The notes under the pieces were generated by a model. It did not search any database. It was not told the DNA's origin and saw nothing but the letters and a program-made list of their open reading frames with translations. A stretch of DNA of 64,000 nucleotides from Azolla caroliniana (lineage: Eukaryota > Plantae > Polypodiophyta), in the NCBI GenBank assembly GCA_043228905.1, contig JBHGNT010000010.1, positions 10,912,001-10,976,000 of the forward strand. The letters run 5' to 3'. Position numbers and translations under genes: made by a program. Shown here piece after piece: positions 51,945-64,000 of the stretch. How positions within the stretch are numbered: the first letter of the stretch is position 1; the number at the start of each line of letters is the position of its first letter.

Positions 51945-54900
51945 TACCAACTGAGCTATATCTCTCTCCCTCTCTCCCTCTCTCTCTCTCATAAATAGTA
52001 ATCACAAAAGTTGAAGTACAAGCTATGGAATAAAATATCTTACCAATTCCCTACAAAATTAGCCTCATCACTCCTACTCAGGCTACCATTCAATCAAGGG
52101 CTACACGAATTGGCTCCCAACCAGGACATCTCAAAGAGATTACAACAGATTAGGCAATGGAAAATTTTCGTGCACGTAGGACCCAGCCTCCTGGACCACG
52201 TTTTCACCATCCATATCATCGACAAATAAAGGCCAATATCTCCCACCTTCTAGGCGCTTCCCTCGCTTCAGACACCTCTCCATTTTGAATGGACCTATTC
52301 TAGAGATCTTTCAAAGAAAATGTTGCTTGAGAATCTTACATGTATAGATAACAAGATTCTTTACTAACATCTTATTCTAACTCTATTTACTTTTTTACTT
52401 AGTTACATTTATTTTAGTTTGTTTTTCTCAAAGACAAGACAATATTTTAAGATGTAATCTTGTGTTTGGTCATATATGCCATTTTGGCCTCTTAAAAGGC
52501 ATTAAAAAATCATGACTAGCAGCAATGAAAGTACCCACCTTATGCACATCAAGAAGCTTGAGGGTGCACATAACTTTGTGGTTTGGAAAAAGCAATGCTA
52601 CAACATCCTGTTGCAAAAGAAGCATGCAAAGCCTATAAAAGTCAAAGGGGTAAAGCCTATAGATATGGACCAAGATGATTGGCAAGAGTTGAACGAGCTT
52701 ACACACTCGACTATTGAGTTGTCAATCTCTGATGCCTTGCTTTTTAATATCGAAGGTTTGGACTCCACCTATTCTATATGGACTAGACTAGAGGAACTGT
52801 ATGCCCAAAAGACGGCAACTAGCAAAGTTTATTGGCTTAAGAAACTTATGGATTTGCGTATGACAGAGGGCACATCCATGTCAACTCACCTGAGTGAGTT
52901 CAATTCCATTTTCAGCCAGCTGGTTTCCTTGAAATATATCATTGATGATGAGTTTAAGGCCTCATTTTTACTTTGCACCTTGCCAAAAAGTTGGGATACT
53001 TTCAAGATTGCTATGAGCAATTCAAATGCGATGCTTCTTTATGTCGTTGTAAAGAGTTCTCTACTCATGGAAGAGATGAGTCAACAAAACAATGCATCCA
53101 ATAAGTCCTCTAGTGTGTTGCATATGAGGGGTAGGTCACAACAAAGAGGCAAATCTGATAGTTATGGCCGTAGTAAATCACGTGGTAAAGATGTAGAATG
53201 CCATCACTGTGGCAAAAAGGGTCACTTTAAAAGTGATTGTTTCAAATGGAAGAAAGAGAAAGGAAAGGGCAAGAAGATAGATGATTTTATAGAAGAAAAG
53301 AGAGACATTCAACCAAGGAAAGGAAATACTAAAAATGAAGAGGTGAATGTAGTCATTCATGATAGTGATAGTGGAAATAATGTACTCTTTGTCTCATCAT
53401 GCCATAGAGAACATGCTTTACTTGCAGATACGGATGGTGACATGCACACTTGGATACTCGATTCCGGTGCTTCTTTTCACGTCACCCCTCATCGTGAGTG
53501 GTTTTCAAATTACACAGAGGGTCGACATGGTGTTGTCCATCTTGGGGACAACTATGCATGTGAAATTGCGGGTATTGGCACTGTGCAATTACAGTTTCAG
53601 CATGGTTCTGCTTTCACACTTCAGCATGTACGGCATGGACCTTAGCTCAAGAAGAGCTTGATTAGCACAGGACAGCTAGATGATGATGGATTTCACACAA
53701 CCTTTGGTGATGGGAAATGGAAGATTTGTAAGGGATCTAAAGTTATTGCCAAGGGTAGTAAAAGTGATACTTTGTATCCTCTCCATGTATCTAGTGTGAG
53801 TGAACACATTGTTGCCATAACCGAGCAGCCCAGTGTTTCTTTGTGGCATGGCCGGTTGGGACACATGAGTGAAACTGGTATGAAAGTATTGTCTCGTTTG
53901 GGTTACTTGCCATATCTTCGTTATGCTGATTTTGAACATTGTGATCATTGCATTTATGGTAAACATGTACAAACATCTCATAAAACGTCTCTTTCGCAGA
54001 AGTCGTCCCCACTTGAGTTAGTACATTCAGATGTATGTCAGATGCCAGGGCTATCATTAGGCGGAAAGAACTACTTAGTCACTTTGTCGATGATGCTACA
54101 AGGAAGGTATGGGTTTACCCTATTCATAGCAAGGATGAAGTGCTCGACAAGTTTCGAACATTTTTGGCATTAGTTGAGAATCTAATTGATAAGACACTTA
54201 AGTGTCTTCGCTCTGACAATGGTGGGGAATATGTGTCCAAGGCTTTTCAAGCATTTTGTGACAGCAAAGGGATAAAGAGGGAACTCACTGCCCCTTATAA
54301 TCCACCCCAAAATGGAGTTGCAGAGCATATGAATCGGACTATTCAAGCTAAGGTCCGTACTATGCTGTCTCATGCTGCGTTACCCCATGGTTTTTGGGCA
54401 GAGGCTGTTATGACAGCTGTTCACTTGATTAATCGGTCACCTAACAGGTCTTTGGGAGGGGGAATACCCCAAGAAGCGTGGTCGGGTAAGCCACCTTCAT
54501 ATGCTCACTTGAGAGTGTTTGGCTATGAGGATTTTGTGCACATTCGTAAAGAAGAACGCAACAAACTTGAGCCAAAGTCCTGCAAATGTATTTTCCTAGG
54601 ATATGGTGACGAGGGTGAAATGGGGTATAGATTGTGGGATCCTGAGAAAAGAAAAATAGTACGCACCAATGATGTTATCATCCGGGAAAATCGCATGCAT
54701 AAACAATCCGAAAAGACTGAGGAAGTACGTAGGGTTGTATTCCGAGAAGAAATGCCTTTTAGACAGGAAAATGTGCCCACTGTACAGCAGCATACACCTG
54801 CTGTAAACTTACCTGCAAATGCAGAAAATGAGGTTGGAAATGACCAGCCAGCCTTTGCCAATAATGATGAGCCACCAAATGTGCAGGAACAGCTAGAACA

Positions 54901-57900
54901 GCAAGCTGTGAATGCTGATTTGCAGGCTGAAATGCCTGGACTGCAAATTGAAAATAATGAGCATTGGGTTAGGAGATCGTCTAGAGTTACTAGACAGCCT
55001 GACAGATTTGTTCCTGATGCAAACAGTGTGGATGATTATGACATGGTGACTGATTGTGGCGAACCGTCTTGCTTCAAGGAAGCAATGGACAGACAGGACA
55101 ACAAGAAATGGAATAAAGCCATGTTGTCAGAGATGGAATCTCTTGAGAAAAATGACACTTGGGATTTGGTGCAGTTGCCTAAAGGGCAGAAAACACTTCC
55201 ATGCAAATGGGTTTATAAAATGAAGGTCATTTATGATTCCTCGCCAAAGTACAAAGCAAGATTGGTTGCAAAAGGATACAAGCAGGAATATGGAGTTGAT
55301 TTTGATGAGATCTTCTCGCCTGTAGTCAAGATTACTACATTAAGAATCATTTTGGGCTTAGTTGCAGCTGAAGATATGGAGCACATACAGATGGATGTGA
55401 AGACCGCCTTTTTACATGGCGATTTACATGAAGACATATATATGCAGCAGCCTGAAGGTTTTGTGGCTAAAGGCAAAGAGAAGATGGTTTGTAAGCTCAA
55501 AAGGAGTTTGTATGGGTTGAAACAAGCACCAAGAGAATGGTATCATAAATTTGATGCATTTATGCAGTCTCAAGGTTTTCGTAGAAGTCAAGTGGACCAT
55601 TGCCTGTACACCAAGAAGGCAGGAGATGGCAGCCTGATTATCTTGGTTTTGTATGTTGATGATATGTTGATTGCTGGCAAGGATATTCATGCCTTGGATT
55701 CATTGAAGCAAAGCCTTCATGGCAGCTTTGATATGAAGGATCTTGGTGATGCAAATCACATCCTTGGCATGCGAATACTCCGAAACCGATCGAAAGGGGT
55801 ACTCTTTCTATCTCAGCAGGAGTATATCTCTAAGGTTTTGCAGCGTTTCAATATGGAGGGGGGGAAACAATTGGGGTTCCATTGCCTCCATATTTGAAAC
55901 TCAGTGCAGAAGACAGCCCTACACCTGATGATGAGAAGGCTGAAATGGCTAAGGTTCCATATGCTTCAGCCGTTGGCAGTTTCATATATGCGATGGTTGC
56001 TACACGCCCTGATATTGCCTTTGCAATGGGAGTGGTTAGTAGGTATATGGCAAATCCTGGCAAAAAGCATTGGGAAGCGGTGAAAGGTATTATGAGATAC
56101 CTCAAAGGCACAAAGGACTTGTGTATTTGCTTTGGAAAGCAAAAGGCATCTGTCGTTGGTTTTACGGATGCGGACTATGCTGGTCACGCAGACTGCAGGA
56201 AGTCTACTTCTGGGTATGTGTTTACTTTCACAGGAGGAGCGGTCTTTTGGATCTCCATACTACAGAAGTGTGTTGCATTATCTACTACAGAGGCAGAGTA
56301 TGTTGCTGCCACTGAGGCATGCAAAGAGGCTGTATGGCTTTCATATCTAGTGAGAGATCTTGGCATTACAGAGTTACCTATTCTTCATTGTGACAGCTAG
56401 AGTGCTATCATGCTAGCTCGGAATCTCGTCTTTCATGCAAAGACGAAGCACATAGAGGTGAAGTATCACTTGATCAGAGATGTACTTGACAGCAAGAACA
56501 TTGAGCTTGTCAAAGTACATACAAATAATAATCTTGCAGATCTTCTCACGAAGGGTCTTCCAGCTGAGCGATTTGCTCATTGCCGACAGATGATGGGAGT
56601 TGGATAGATGTATGTAGTTCAGCTTTGTACATACTTGGACTTAGCTGACTTTTTCTTTTTTCTTCTCACGGCACATTGCCTTTAGGTGGGAGGTTGTTGG
56701 GAATAAAGGGCCATCGTGCCTTTTATTAGTGCACGAGTGTGAACGCACTCGTAGCACACTTTTGACTTGTATATACATAATATCTAAAAACCAAAAACGA
56801 GGTACCCTCTTTGTACCCAAGACAACGTGCATCTCTCTCTCCCTTTGTCTCTCACTTAGACTCTCTCCCTCTCTGTTTTTTACCTAAACCCTAATCCTCG
56901 TGCTGCCTTCAATCTGTATTTTCTCCCTCCTATTGTGACATACCAATGTATATTACTGAACAGATGTTCCTTCTCATTTTTCTTTATGGCATCAGAGCAT
57001 AGATCCGCCCCTCTGCAAAACCCTAGATCCACCCTTCTACTGGCATGACAGCGATTGGAACAGCATTGTCCTAGCATCCAAGAGAGGAAAGGGGTTTTTT
57101 TTCCATTTGGGATGACATTGCTATGTGAATGAGAGGTGACTTGAGAAAAGAAGTCAAAAGAGGAGAGCAGAGATAGGCCCAGTTGAGAAGATGGATGAGG
57201 TGTTCTCAAAATTGAACGAGGATGAGGTGAAAACATTGGTGAAATACATGAAGCAGGCTGAGATTGTAGCATCTGGAGGTGTGACAGGAACACAACCACC
57301 ACCCCAACTTGAACTCCTCCCAGTTGAGTTCAAACTCGATGGACCAGCCACATAATTGAGCTGGTCACGTCGGATTATAGGTGCCTTGGCAGGGAGAAGC
57401 CTTGACGGTTATCTAATGGGAGAAGACAAAGAACCTCCTATCATAACGAGCAATGAATGGAAAGCATGGAGAGCTACCCACATGTCTTTGTACACGTGGC
57501 TCCTCAACTCCATGATTCCATCAATTGCCACAACAGTTGATGGAATTTTAAGTGTGAAGGAGATATGGGAGAAATTGCAAAAGACGTATGCTGGGAGGGG
57601 AAACAACATGAGAGTATTTCAAATTGAGCAAGAGATAAATGTTGTTTGGCAGGGAGATAGGATGATTCAGGAATATGCCATAGAGTTGGAGCGTCTATGG
57701 GCAGAATACAATCATTTCTCACCTATGACAGTTTGCAATGATCCTCAATGTAAGAGCAAGGAAATTTCTGCTCAAAGAAGAACCATGCAATTTTTTGAAA
57801 CATCTCAACCCGTCGTTTGATCAAAGAAGGGCAGTTCTTCTAGCCAAGGTTGAAATTCCCACACTTGATGAGGCAATTGCGACTATGATACAAGAGGAGA

Positions 57901-60900
57901 GTAGAATGAAGTTGCTCTCAGACACTACCGGACTTCGAAGGGTACGATCAGCACTAATGGTGTCAAATTCAAGTGAAAATGAAAATCGAAAATGCTACAA
58001 TTGTGGTGAAGCTGGTCATTTAAAGAATGTTTGCCCTAAACCATCTAAGGAGAGAGAATATGGAGGACATGGACAAACTAGAGGTCGTGGTCGAGGGGGC
58101 CGAAGAGGTGCATGAGGAGGTCACCAAGCAAACTTGATGGTAGCAAAAGAAGAGGAAGGAACTAAGGTGGTGTTCACCAAAGAGGATCAAGCTCTCTTAG
58201 AAATACTTAGGAGGAAGCAAAGAGCCACACATGATACTTCATTAATGTCAAGAGGTAACATTGCCACCTATGCTTATTCAGCCACAAGTACTAGCAACAC
58301 AAATACTCTTGCCTCTACACCAGAATGGATAATTGATTCTGGTGCATCTAGGCATGTGACAGGTAATGCTAGTGAGTTCTCCTCGTATACTCACTTATCA
58401 ATACCAGAAAGCATTCAAATTGCTGACGGTACAACACAACTTGCAGTGGGTATAGGTACAGTAAAATGTACCGACTCTGTGACATTGTCTAATGTGTTGC
58501 ATGCTCCTTCTTTCCCAGTAAACTTATTATCCATAAGTTCTATCATGCACCAACTAAAATGTGTTGTTTCTTTTTATATTCCCAAGGTGATATTCCAGAA
58601 GAAAGGGACAGGGTTTAGCATTAGCATCTATGGTAGAGGGAACAGATGTAAGGGGATCTAAAATGAGTTATGAGGAGTTGTTGATACTTTACCACCAACG
58701 TATGGGACATACCTCTTATGGTGTTTTGAGTCGGGTGTATCCACACCTTTTTGAAAAGGCTAATAAAACAAAACTTGTTTGTGATGCATGTGAATTTGGT
58801 AAGCTTACTAAAAGCTCATATGCTAGTTCAAGTCATAGGAGTACCCATGCATTTGATGTAATACACTCCGATGTTTGGGGACCATGTTCCACAAGTTCTA
58901 TTAATGGATATCAATATTTCGTCTCTTTCATTGATTGCTTCTCTCGTGTGACTTGGTTATATTTGATGAGGAAAAAGAATGAAGTATTTGCTTGTTTTAA
59001 AGATTTTCATAGAGCAGTTCAAACTCAATATGGTGCAATAGTAAAAGTGTTGAGGTCTGATAATGGAACAAAGTATGCTAACATGACATTTAGGGCATAC
59101 ATCAAGGAATACAACATCAAACTACATGCCCATATACACCAGAACAAAATGGAGTAGCAAAGAGGAAGAATAGACATCTTCTAGAGGTAACGAGAAGCAT
59201 GATGATCTCTATGAATATCCCAAAGCAGTTGTGGGGACAGGCAGTTTTGACGGCTGCCACATTGATCAATAGAATACCCTCTAGAGTATTGGAGTGGAAG
59301 TCTCCACGTGAGTTGTTGCAAGGCAATAACTCTGGAATCCTTCCTTTGAAGGTGTTTGGATGTGTGTGTTTTGTAAAGGACAATAGACCATCTGTAAGAA
59401 AACTTGATCCTAAAGTTGTAAAAAATGTGTATTTGTGGGATACTCTGCCACACAAAAAGGCTATGTTTGTTGGAGTCCAATAGAGAAGAGATTATTTGTG
59501 AGCATGGATGTGAATTTCAGAGAGTCAGAGCCATATTATAAACAAGGGGTAACTTCATCCTTTGATGACTTAATTGAGATTGAAAATATGAGGGAAGGAG
59601 ATAATGGTGAGAGGTTGCTAAAAATAGGATCAATTCCTTTATTGATCCCTACATCAGCTAAGAAACAAGTGAGCGTAGGAGGTATGGAAGAAGAAGGAAA
59701 CGAAGACGAGGAGCCTATATGTGTTGGGACTCAAGCTGAGGGGGAGCTAAAGGTGTATACAAGGAAGAGGAGGCAAAAAGAAGGAAATATGAACACATCT
59801 TCAGTGCCACATGTGCCATCAAGTTCCATGTCCCGACCTGCCTCGACTTCTGAAATACCTACAAAAATCCCAAACCCAAAAATCACAGGTGATATGATTT
59901 CCTCTACTTCTCCTATAGAGATTAGGAGGACCCCTCGCACTGTCATTATGGTTTTCCTCATGATATTGCTCAGTTTATCTCTTATTCTAACATATCAACT
60001 ACGCATAGAGCATTCATTGCATCATTAGACTCTGTCACTTTACCCAAGTGTTGGCAGGTTGCTAAAGAAGATCCAAAATGGAAAGCAGACATGCAAGACG
60101 AACTCGGAGCTCTTGAGAAGAACAAAATTTGGGAGATTGTGTCACTACCACCATGAAAGAAGGCGGTTGGGTGCAAATGGGTGTTTACAATAAAACAAAC
60201 CCCAGAGGGAAAAATAGATCGATACAAGGCACGATTGGTGGCTAAAGGATATAATCAGACATATGGCATTGACTACGATGAGACTTTTGCACCTGTGGCG
60301 AAGATGAGCACTATTAGAACGCTTATTTCCTTAGCAGTGAATAAGGATTGGAAATTATATCAATTAGATGTAAAAAATGCATTCCTTCATGGAGAGTTGA
60401 TGGAGGAAGTGTACATGGATGTCCCCCCAGGTTTTGGTACAATTCAAACAATAGGTAAGGTTTGCAAAGTAAGGAAGTCGCTTTATGGACTGAAGCAATC
60501 TCCTCGAGCCTGGTTCAACAGGTTAAGAAGGGCTATGGTGGGTATGGGATACCAACAGACGAATGCAAACCATACAATGTTTTTTCGACAACACAAGGAG
60601 CATACTACATTACTTGTTGTGTATGTGGATGATATAATTATCACAGGTAACGATGAAGGAGAAATTGTCCAACTGAAGGTGCAATTGGGTAAAGAGTTTG
60701 AGGTGAGGGATCTAGGATTGCTACGATACTTACTTGGAATTGAGGTAGCTCGTGGAGCAGAAGGAGTTGTTCTATCTCAACGAAAATATGTATTAGATCT
60801 TCTCATAGAAATTGGAATGTTGGGTTGTAGGCCCGTAGCTTCTCCAATCGACCAAAAGATCAAGCTAACTAAACTTGCAGGAGAGAAAGTTGATCGTGAA

Positions 60901-63113
60901 AGGTATCAAAGATTGGTAGGTCAGCTGATTTATTTGACTCACACCCGTCCAGATATTTCATTTGCATTAAGTATGGTAAGTCGCTACATGCATGATCCGA
61001 GGAAAGATCATATGGATGCAATGTACCATATTCTGAGATATCTCAAAGGTGCCCTGGGGAAGGGATTAATCTTTAGAAAACATGGTCATTTTAACATTGA
61101 GGGCTATTGTGATTCTCATTGGGCCAGTTGTGCTGATGATAGGAAATCCACATCAGGATACTACATGTTTGTTGAAGGCAATCTAGTCTCTTGGAAGAGT
61201 AAGAAATAGTCAGTAGTAGCAAGGTCACCAGCCGAAGCAAAGTATAGAGCTATTGCTATAGGAGTTGCAGAGATGTTACGGCTGAGAACTCTCCTAGTAG
61301 AACTAAAAGGTGAATCAAGAAAATCAGATGATGTTGTGGTGTGACAATAAGTCAGCAATCAGCATTGCCAACAATCCGGTACAGCACGATAGGACCAAGC
61401 GCATCGAAATCGACAAATTCTTTATCAAGGAAAAGCTTGATAATGGAATATTAAAATTGAGTCATGTTTCTAATGAACATCAAGTAGCAGATTGTCTTAC
61501 AAAGGGACTTGGGCCAGTAAGTCTTACTAGATTGTGTGACAAGATGGGCTTAGTGGATATTTTTCGCCCATCTTGAGGGGGAGTGTTGAGAATGTTTAAA
61601 AGTTATAATGGCTAGTTAGTTCCAACAGCTAGTTAGCCCAATGGCCGGATCTTGGCCTTTATAAAGAGGAACTTTCTCCTCATGTAAATATGAGCGATCT
61701 CAGTATTTTCTCCTTCCTGTTGTGACATACCAATGTATATTACTGAACAGATGTGCCTTCTCATTTTTCTTTAAAGACACACAATGAAAACCTACTTGCG
61801 GAGGAATATAACTTACTTATTGCATGCTCAGCATAAACAGTACTTCGAGCAAAGTAGGGTGACTTGTTAAACAGGCATAATAATTTAAGCCTCATACTCA
61901 AATCTCCACCAAGAAAGGTGACCACATTTGTGCATGAATTATTTTAACAAGAGAGTTTTAACTAGAGTAATAATCCTCCTTCCTAGGAAAAAGTCACATA
62001 CAAGAAGATATGTTTATTCAGTCCATATGTCAAAATTGTCCTCCTAGTGGAGGATAAAAACTCTATGTATTATATTCTCTCCCTCTCCGTCTCCCTACCC
62101 ATCCCCATCCCTCTCTCTCTCTCAAAAGTATAAACAGCATGACTATGCAAATAACCCTTGCTGTCCCTACAACAAAAGTGAGGATCTTATTGCAAAATAA
62201 ACATCTAAAGTGTTGCAGGAATAGCTGACATACAGGTAGCTCTTCCAAAGACAAGGCATCTAATGATCTCGGTTACAGGAACTGGCAAATCAAATTTCCT
62301 TTTAGCCTATCTACTTATTGTGGTCCCCCAAGGACCATCATCAAAAAAGAAAACATTTTTCAACTTCCAATTGCTCAACAGACTGCATATACCTATGGTA
62401 GTCAACCATTGCCTTACATAATGCCTCATTGAAAATTCACTGAAATGGTGACAAAATTTTCTCACTAACAATGCCCAAAGTTGTAACATAAAAAACCCAA
62501 ATGGCTTTTGCATCGACAGTTAATGTACAAAACACCTCCATCTTGATCCTTGTACAAGAAAAACGTGTCCCACATAAAATGTGTTGCCATCTTAAAGATA
62601 CCACAACAGAAACACATTGCACATAATGGAATATGAGATTTTCATGCTGGGTTCAACTTCGAATGCCACCATCATATACAACAGGTAACGTGCCATGTAA
62701 CGAAGCCCTACCTTCAATCAATTTCTGGAAGACAGCATCTCTCTCTTCCGTAGTTAGCTTATGCTAGTGGTATGTTGTTAGACTACCGAGACAAGACCTT
62801 GGGTTCAAGGCACAGCGTTCTTAATTCACTAGATGCCACAGTGGAATGTAGGGGTTGAGCGCATGACCTTCTGGTCTCCGCCAGACAACCTTACCGACTG
62901 AGCTACAGAAACAGACATCATATCTCTCTCACACAGAGATTAATTTATATATACATAGAAAGGACATACCAGAGTAAGGCGAGATTTTGTGGAAGAAGAA
63001 GAAGAAGAAGTCGCAGCTGTAGAAGCGTCTTGAGAGATGTTCAGTAGATACCATCGCTTGAATCTCAATGCACAACAGTGTCTGCTAAGACGAGGTGTCC
63101 GAGCCCACGACAT
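38298..63113 (-). CDS. PYRD: Dihydroorotate dehydrogenase (quinone), mitochondrial, class 2
   Basis: 11 GT-AG exons: 63113-62970, 51844-51762, 51590-51267, 50665-50401, 50299-50219, 50139-50032, 49950-49921, 39126-38989, 38903-38866, 38711-38612, 38372-38298. They sum to 1386 nt (461 aa) in frame. Motifs [61 protein letters not shown]; N-terminal transit peptide and TM segment. Confidence 0.95.
39711..40101. repeat. Three tandem ~139-bp units in DHODH intron 7
   Basis: GAAGTAGTGGGCCTGATATACAATGTCAATAAATTCCC near 39711, 39849 and 39988. A separate ~150-bp duplication lies at ~39305/39507. Confidence 0.88.
41124..45699 (+). mobile_element. Full-length degenerate Ty1/Copia nested in the LINE RT
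   Basis: LTRs 41124-41421 and 45385-45699; perfect TSD ACCTC. gag, protease ([10 protein letters not shown]), integrase, RT (LYVDDML) and RNase H (KHIDVRYHF). Confidence 0.95.
48455..49045 (+). mobile_element. 5'-truncated LINE inserted antisense into ORF1 of the larger LINE
   Basis: 48455-48590 is the reverse complement of ~40320-40460. The insert ends in hairpin AGGCCATTTTGGCCT plus (TCTT)n. Removing it rejoins ORF1 as ...[16 protein letters not shown]. Confidence 0.7.
51873..51990. repeat. (CT)n/(GA)n microsatellite
   Basis: About 34 perfect CT units plus a degenerate tract. Confidence 0.95.
52000..52509 (+). mobile_element. LINE 3' end homologous to 48700-49025
   Basis: Shares CTAGAGATCTTTC, CTTGAGAATCT, CTCAAAGACAAGACAAT and GCCATTTTGGCCTCTTAAAAG blocks. 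Abuts the Copia gag directly. Confidence 0.6.
52510..56910 (+). mobile_element. Ty1/Copia lacking its 5' LTR, 3' LTR truncated
   Basis: gag zinc knuckle ([14 protein letters not shown]), [10 protein letters not shown], a 620-aa integrase-RT ORF and RNase H. PPT then TGTTGGG at 56695. Confidence 0.92.
56911..61773 (+). mobile_element. Ale/Retrofit-like Copia with short TG...TA LTRs
   Basis: 3' LTR 61584-61773 (190 bp) after PPT GAGGGGGAG. 5' LTR remnant ~56911-56986 abuts PBS TGGCATCAGAGC. gag [39 protein letters not shown]. Confidence 0.9.
62845..62909 (-). other. tRNA-derived sequence (SINE head or pseudo-tRNA)
   Basis: Minus strand: A-box TAGCTCAGTCGGTA, stem TCTGG/CCAGA and degenerate B-box GCTCAACCCC. 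No acceptor stem, so not a functional tRNA. Confidence 0.5.
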
Positions 63114-63339
63114 CGCCACGCACACCCAGCAGAAGGAAGGCAGGGGCAGACAGAGAGAGAAATAGAGAGAGAGTGCGTTTTTTGTTGGATGGGGTTTTAA
63201 ACCTAGAGAATTATATGTGTGTGTGACTTTGTGTCTTCTTCTTTATGTTGTTGTGTTTGTTATGTTATTGAGGAATTAGGATGCATGTGTTTAATATGTT
63301 ATGTTATGTTATGTTACGTAACACGTTATGTTATCTTAT

Positions 63340-63369
63340 GTAATGTATGTATGTATGTATGTATGTATG

Positions 63370-63425
<56 letters not shown>
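63340..63425. repeat. (GTAT)n + (GT)n microsatellite upstream of the DHODH start
   Basis: Directly visible tract. Confidence 0.95.
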
Positions 63426-63428
<3 letters not shown>

Positions 63429-64000
63429 TGTAGTTTGGAAATTTATGCAATGGTTCATGCATGGGATGTCACACACAGTCTTGGGACTTGCTAGCTTTGA
63501 GCTTGTCCAACTGCAAGTTTTTCTTTTAACGACATGTTTACGTCAAAGAAGAGTGAAAGAACCTACAAATTTATTTGTTAGGACCAGTTTTCTCTGTTCC
63601 TTTTTTGAAAAGATGTCATCTAGAACTTTATGGATTAGTCTCCATTTCAAGCAGTCTATTCAACGGTCAATCAAGAAACCTAATAGTTGATTCAACAAGA
63701 CTTTTTAAGGCTACAAATTTAACACTCTCACATGTTCAACCAAAAATAACTATTTAATGATTTACCTCTTTCATTATTATAATACTCTAGAACGTAAACA
63801 AAACCTAGGTTGGTTTCGAAAGTTAGTGGTAAGTGTCTTGGAGAGCCATGTAGTAACCTTCGATTTTGACTCTTCAAAAGGGTCGTAGTTTGTTTTTTTT
63901 AGCTCGAAGCCACCATTATTTAATAATGAATCATTGTATTATTTTTTCACAAACTTGAGAATTGGAGTTGTCAAATGATAACATTTATAGTTGTAAATAG

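Noticed and set aside
62845-62909. Functional tRNA gene
   Set aside because: 6-nt anticodon loop, degenerate T-loop and no acceptor stem.
63219-63690. Cys/Val-rich ORFs (also ERERER/SLSLSL ORFs at 51774-51998 and 5858-6238)
   Set aside because: Artefacts of (GT)n and (CT)n microsatellites.

Overview
Repeat-rich land-plant nuclear DNA, probably a fern or other seed-free plant (inferred from the transposon families and TE-inflated introns). Two intact host genes lie on the minus strand: a 2-exon BAHD acyltransferase (32220-34409) and an 11-exon mitochondrial class-2 dihydroorotate dehydrogenase (38298-63113, 461 aa by manual splicing). Introns 1 and 7 of the latter are ~11 kb each and hold nested Copia and LINE insertions. 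The first 30 kb is a nest of transposons: Copia elements, Gypsy/chromovirus remnants, two hAT MITEs, a CCGG-targeting element with a 4-bp TSD, and LINE 3' ends. The most unusual object is a ~12 kb degenerate DNA transposon (~17415-29726). It carries a Sola2-type DDD transposase and a convergent spliced gene encoding coiled-coil + RING-H2 + FCP1/NIF-like (HAD) domains. Both genes are associated with arrays of the palindrome TAGCTAATTAGCTA; one array forms almost an entire intron and supplies its acceptor AG. All coordinates and translations were read by eye; no database searches were run.
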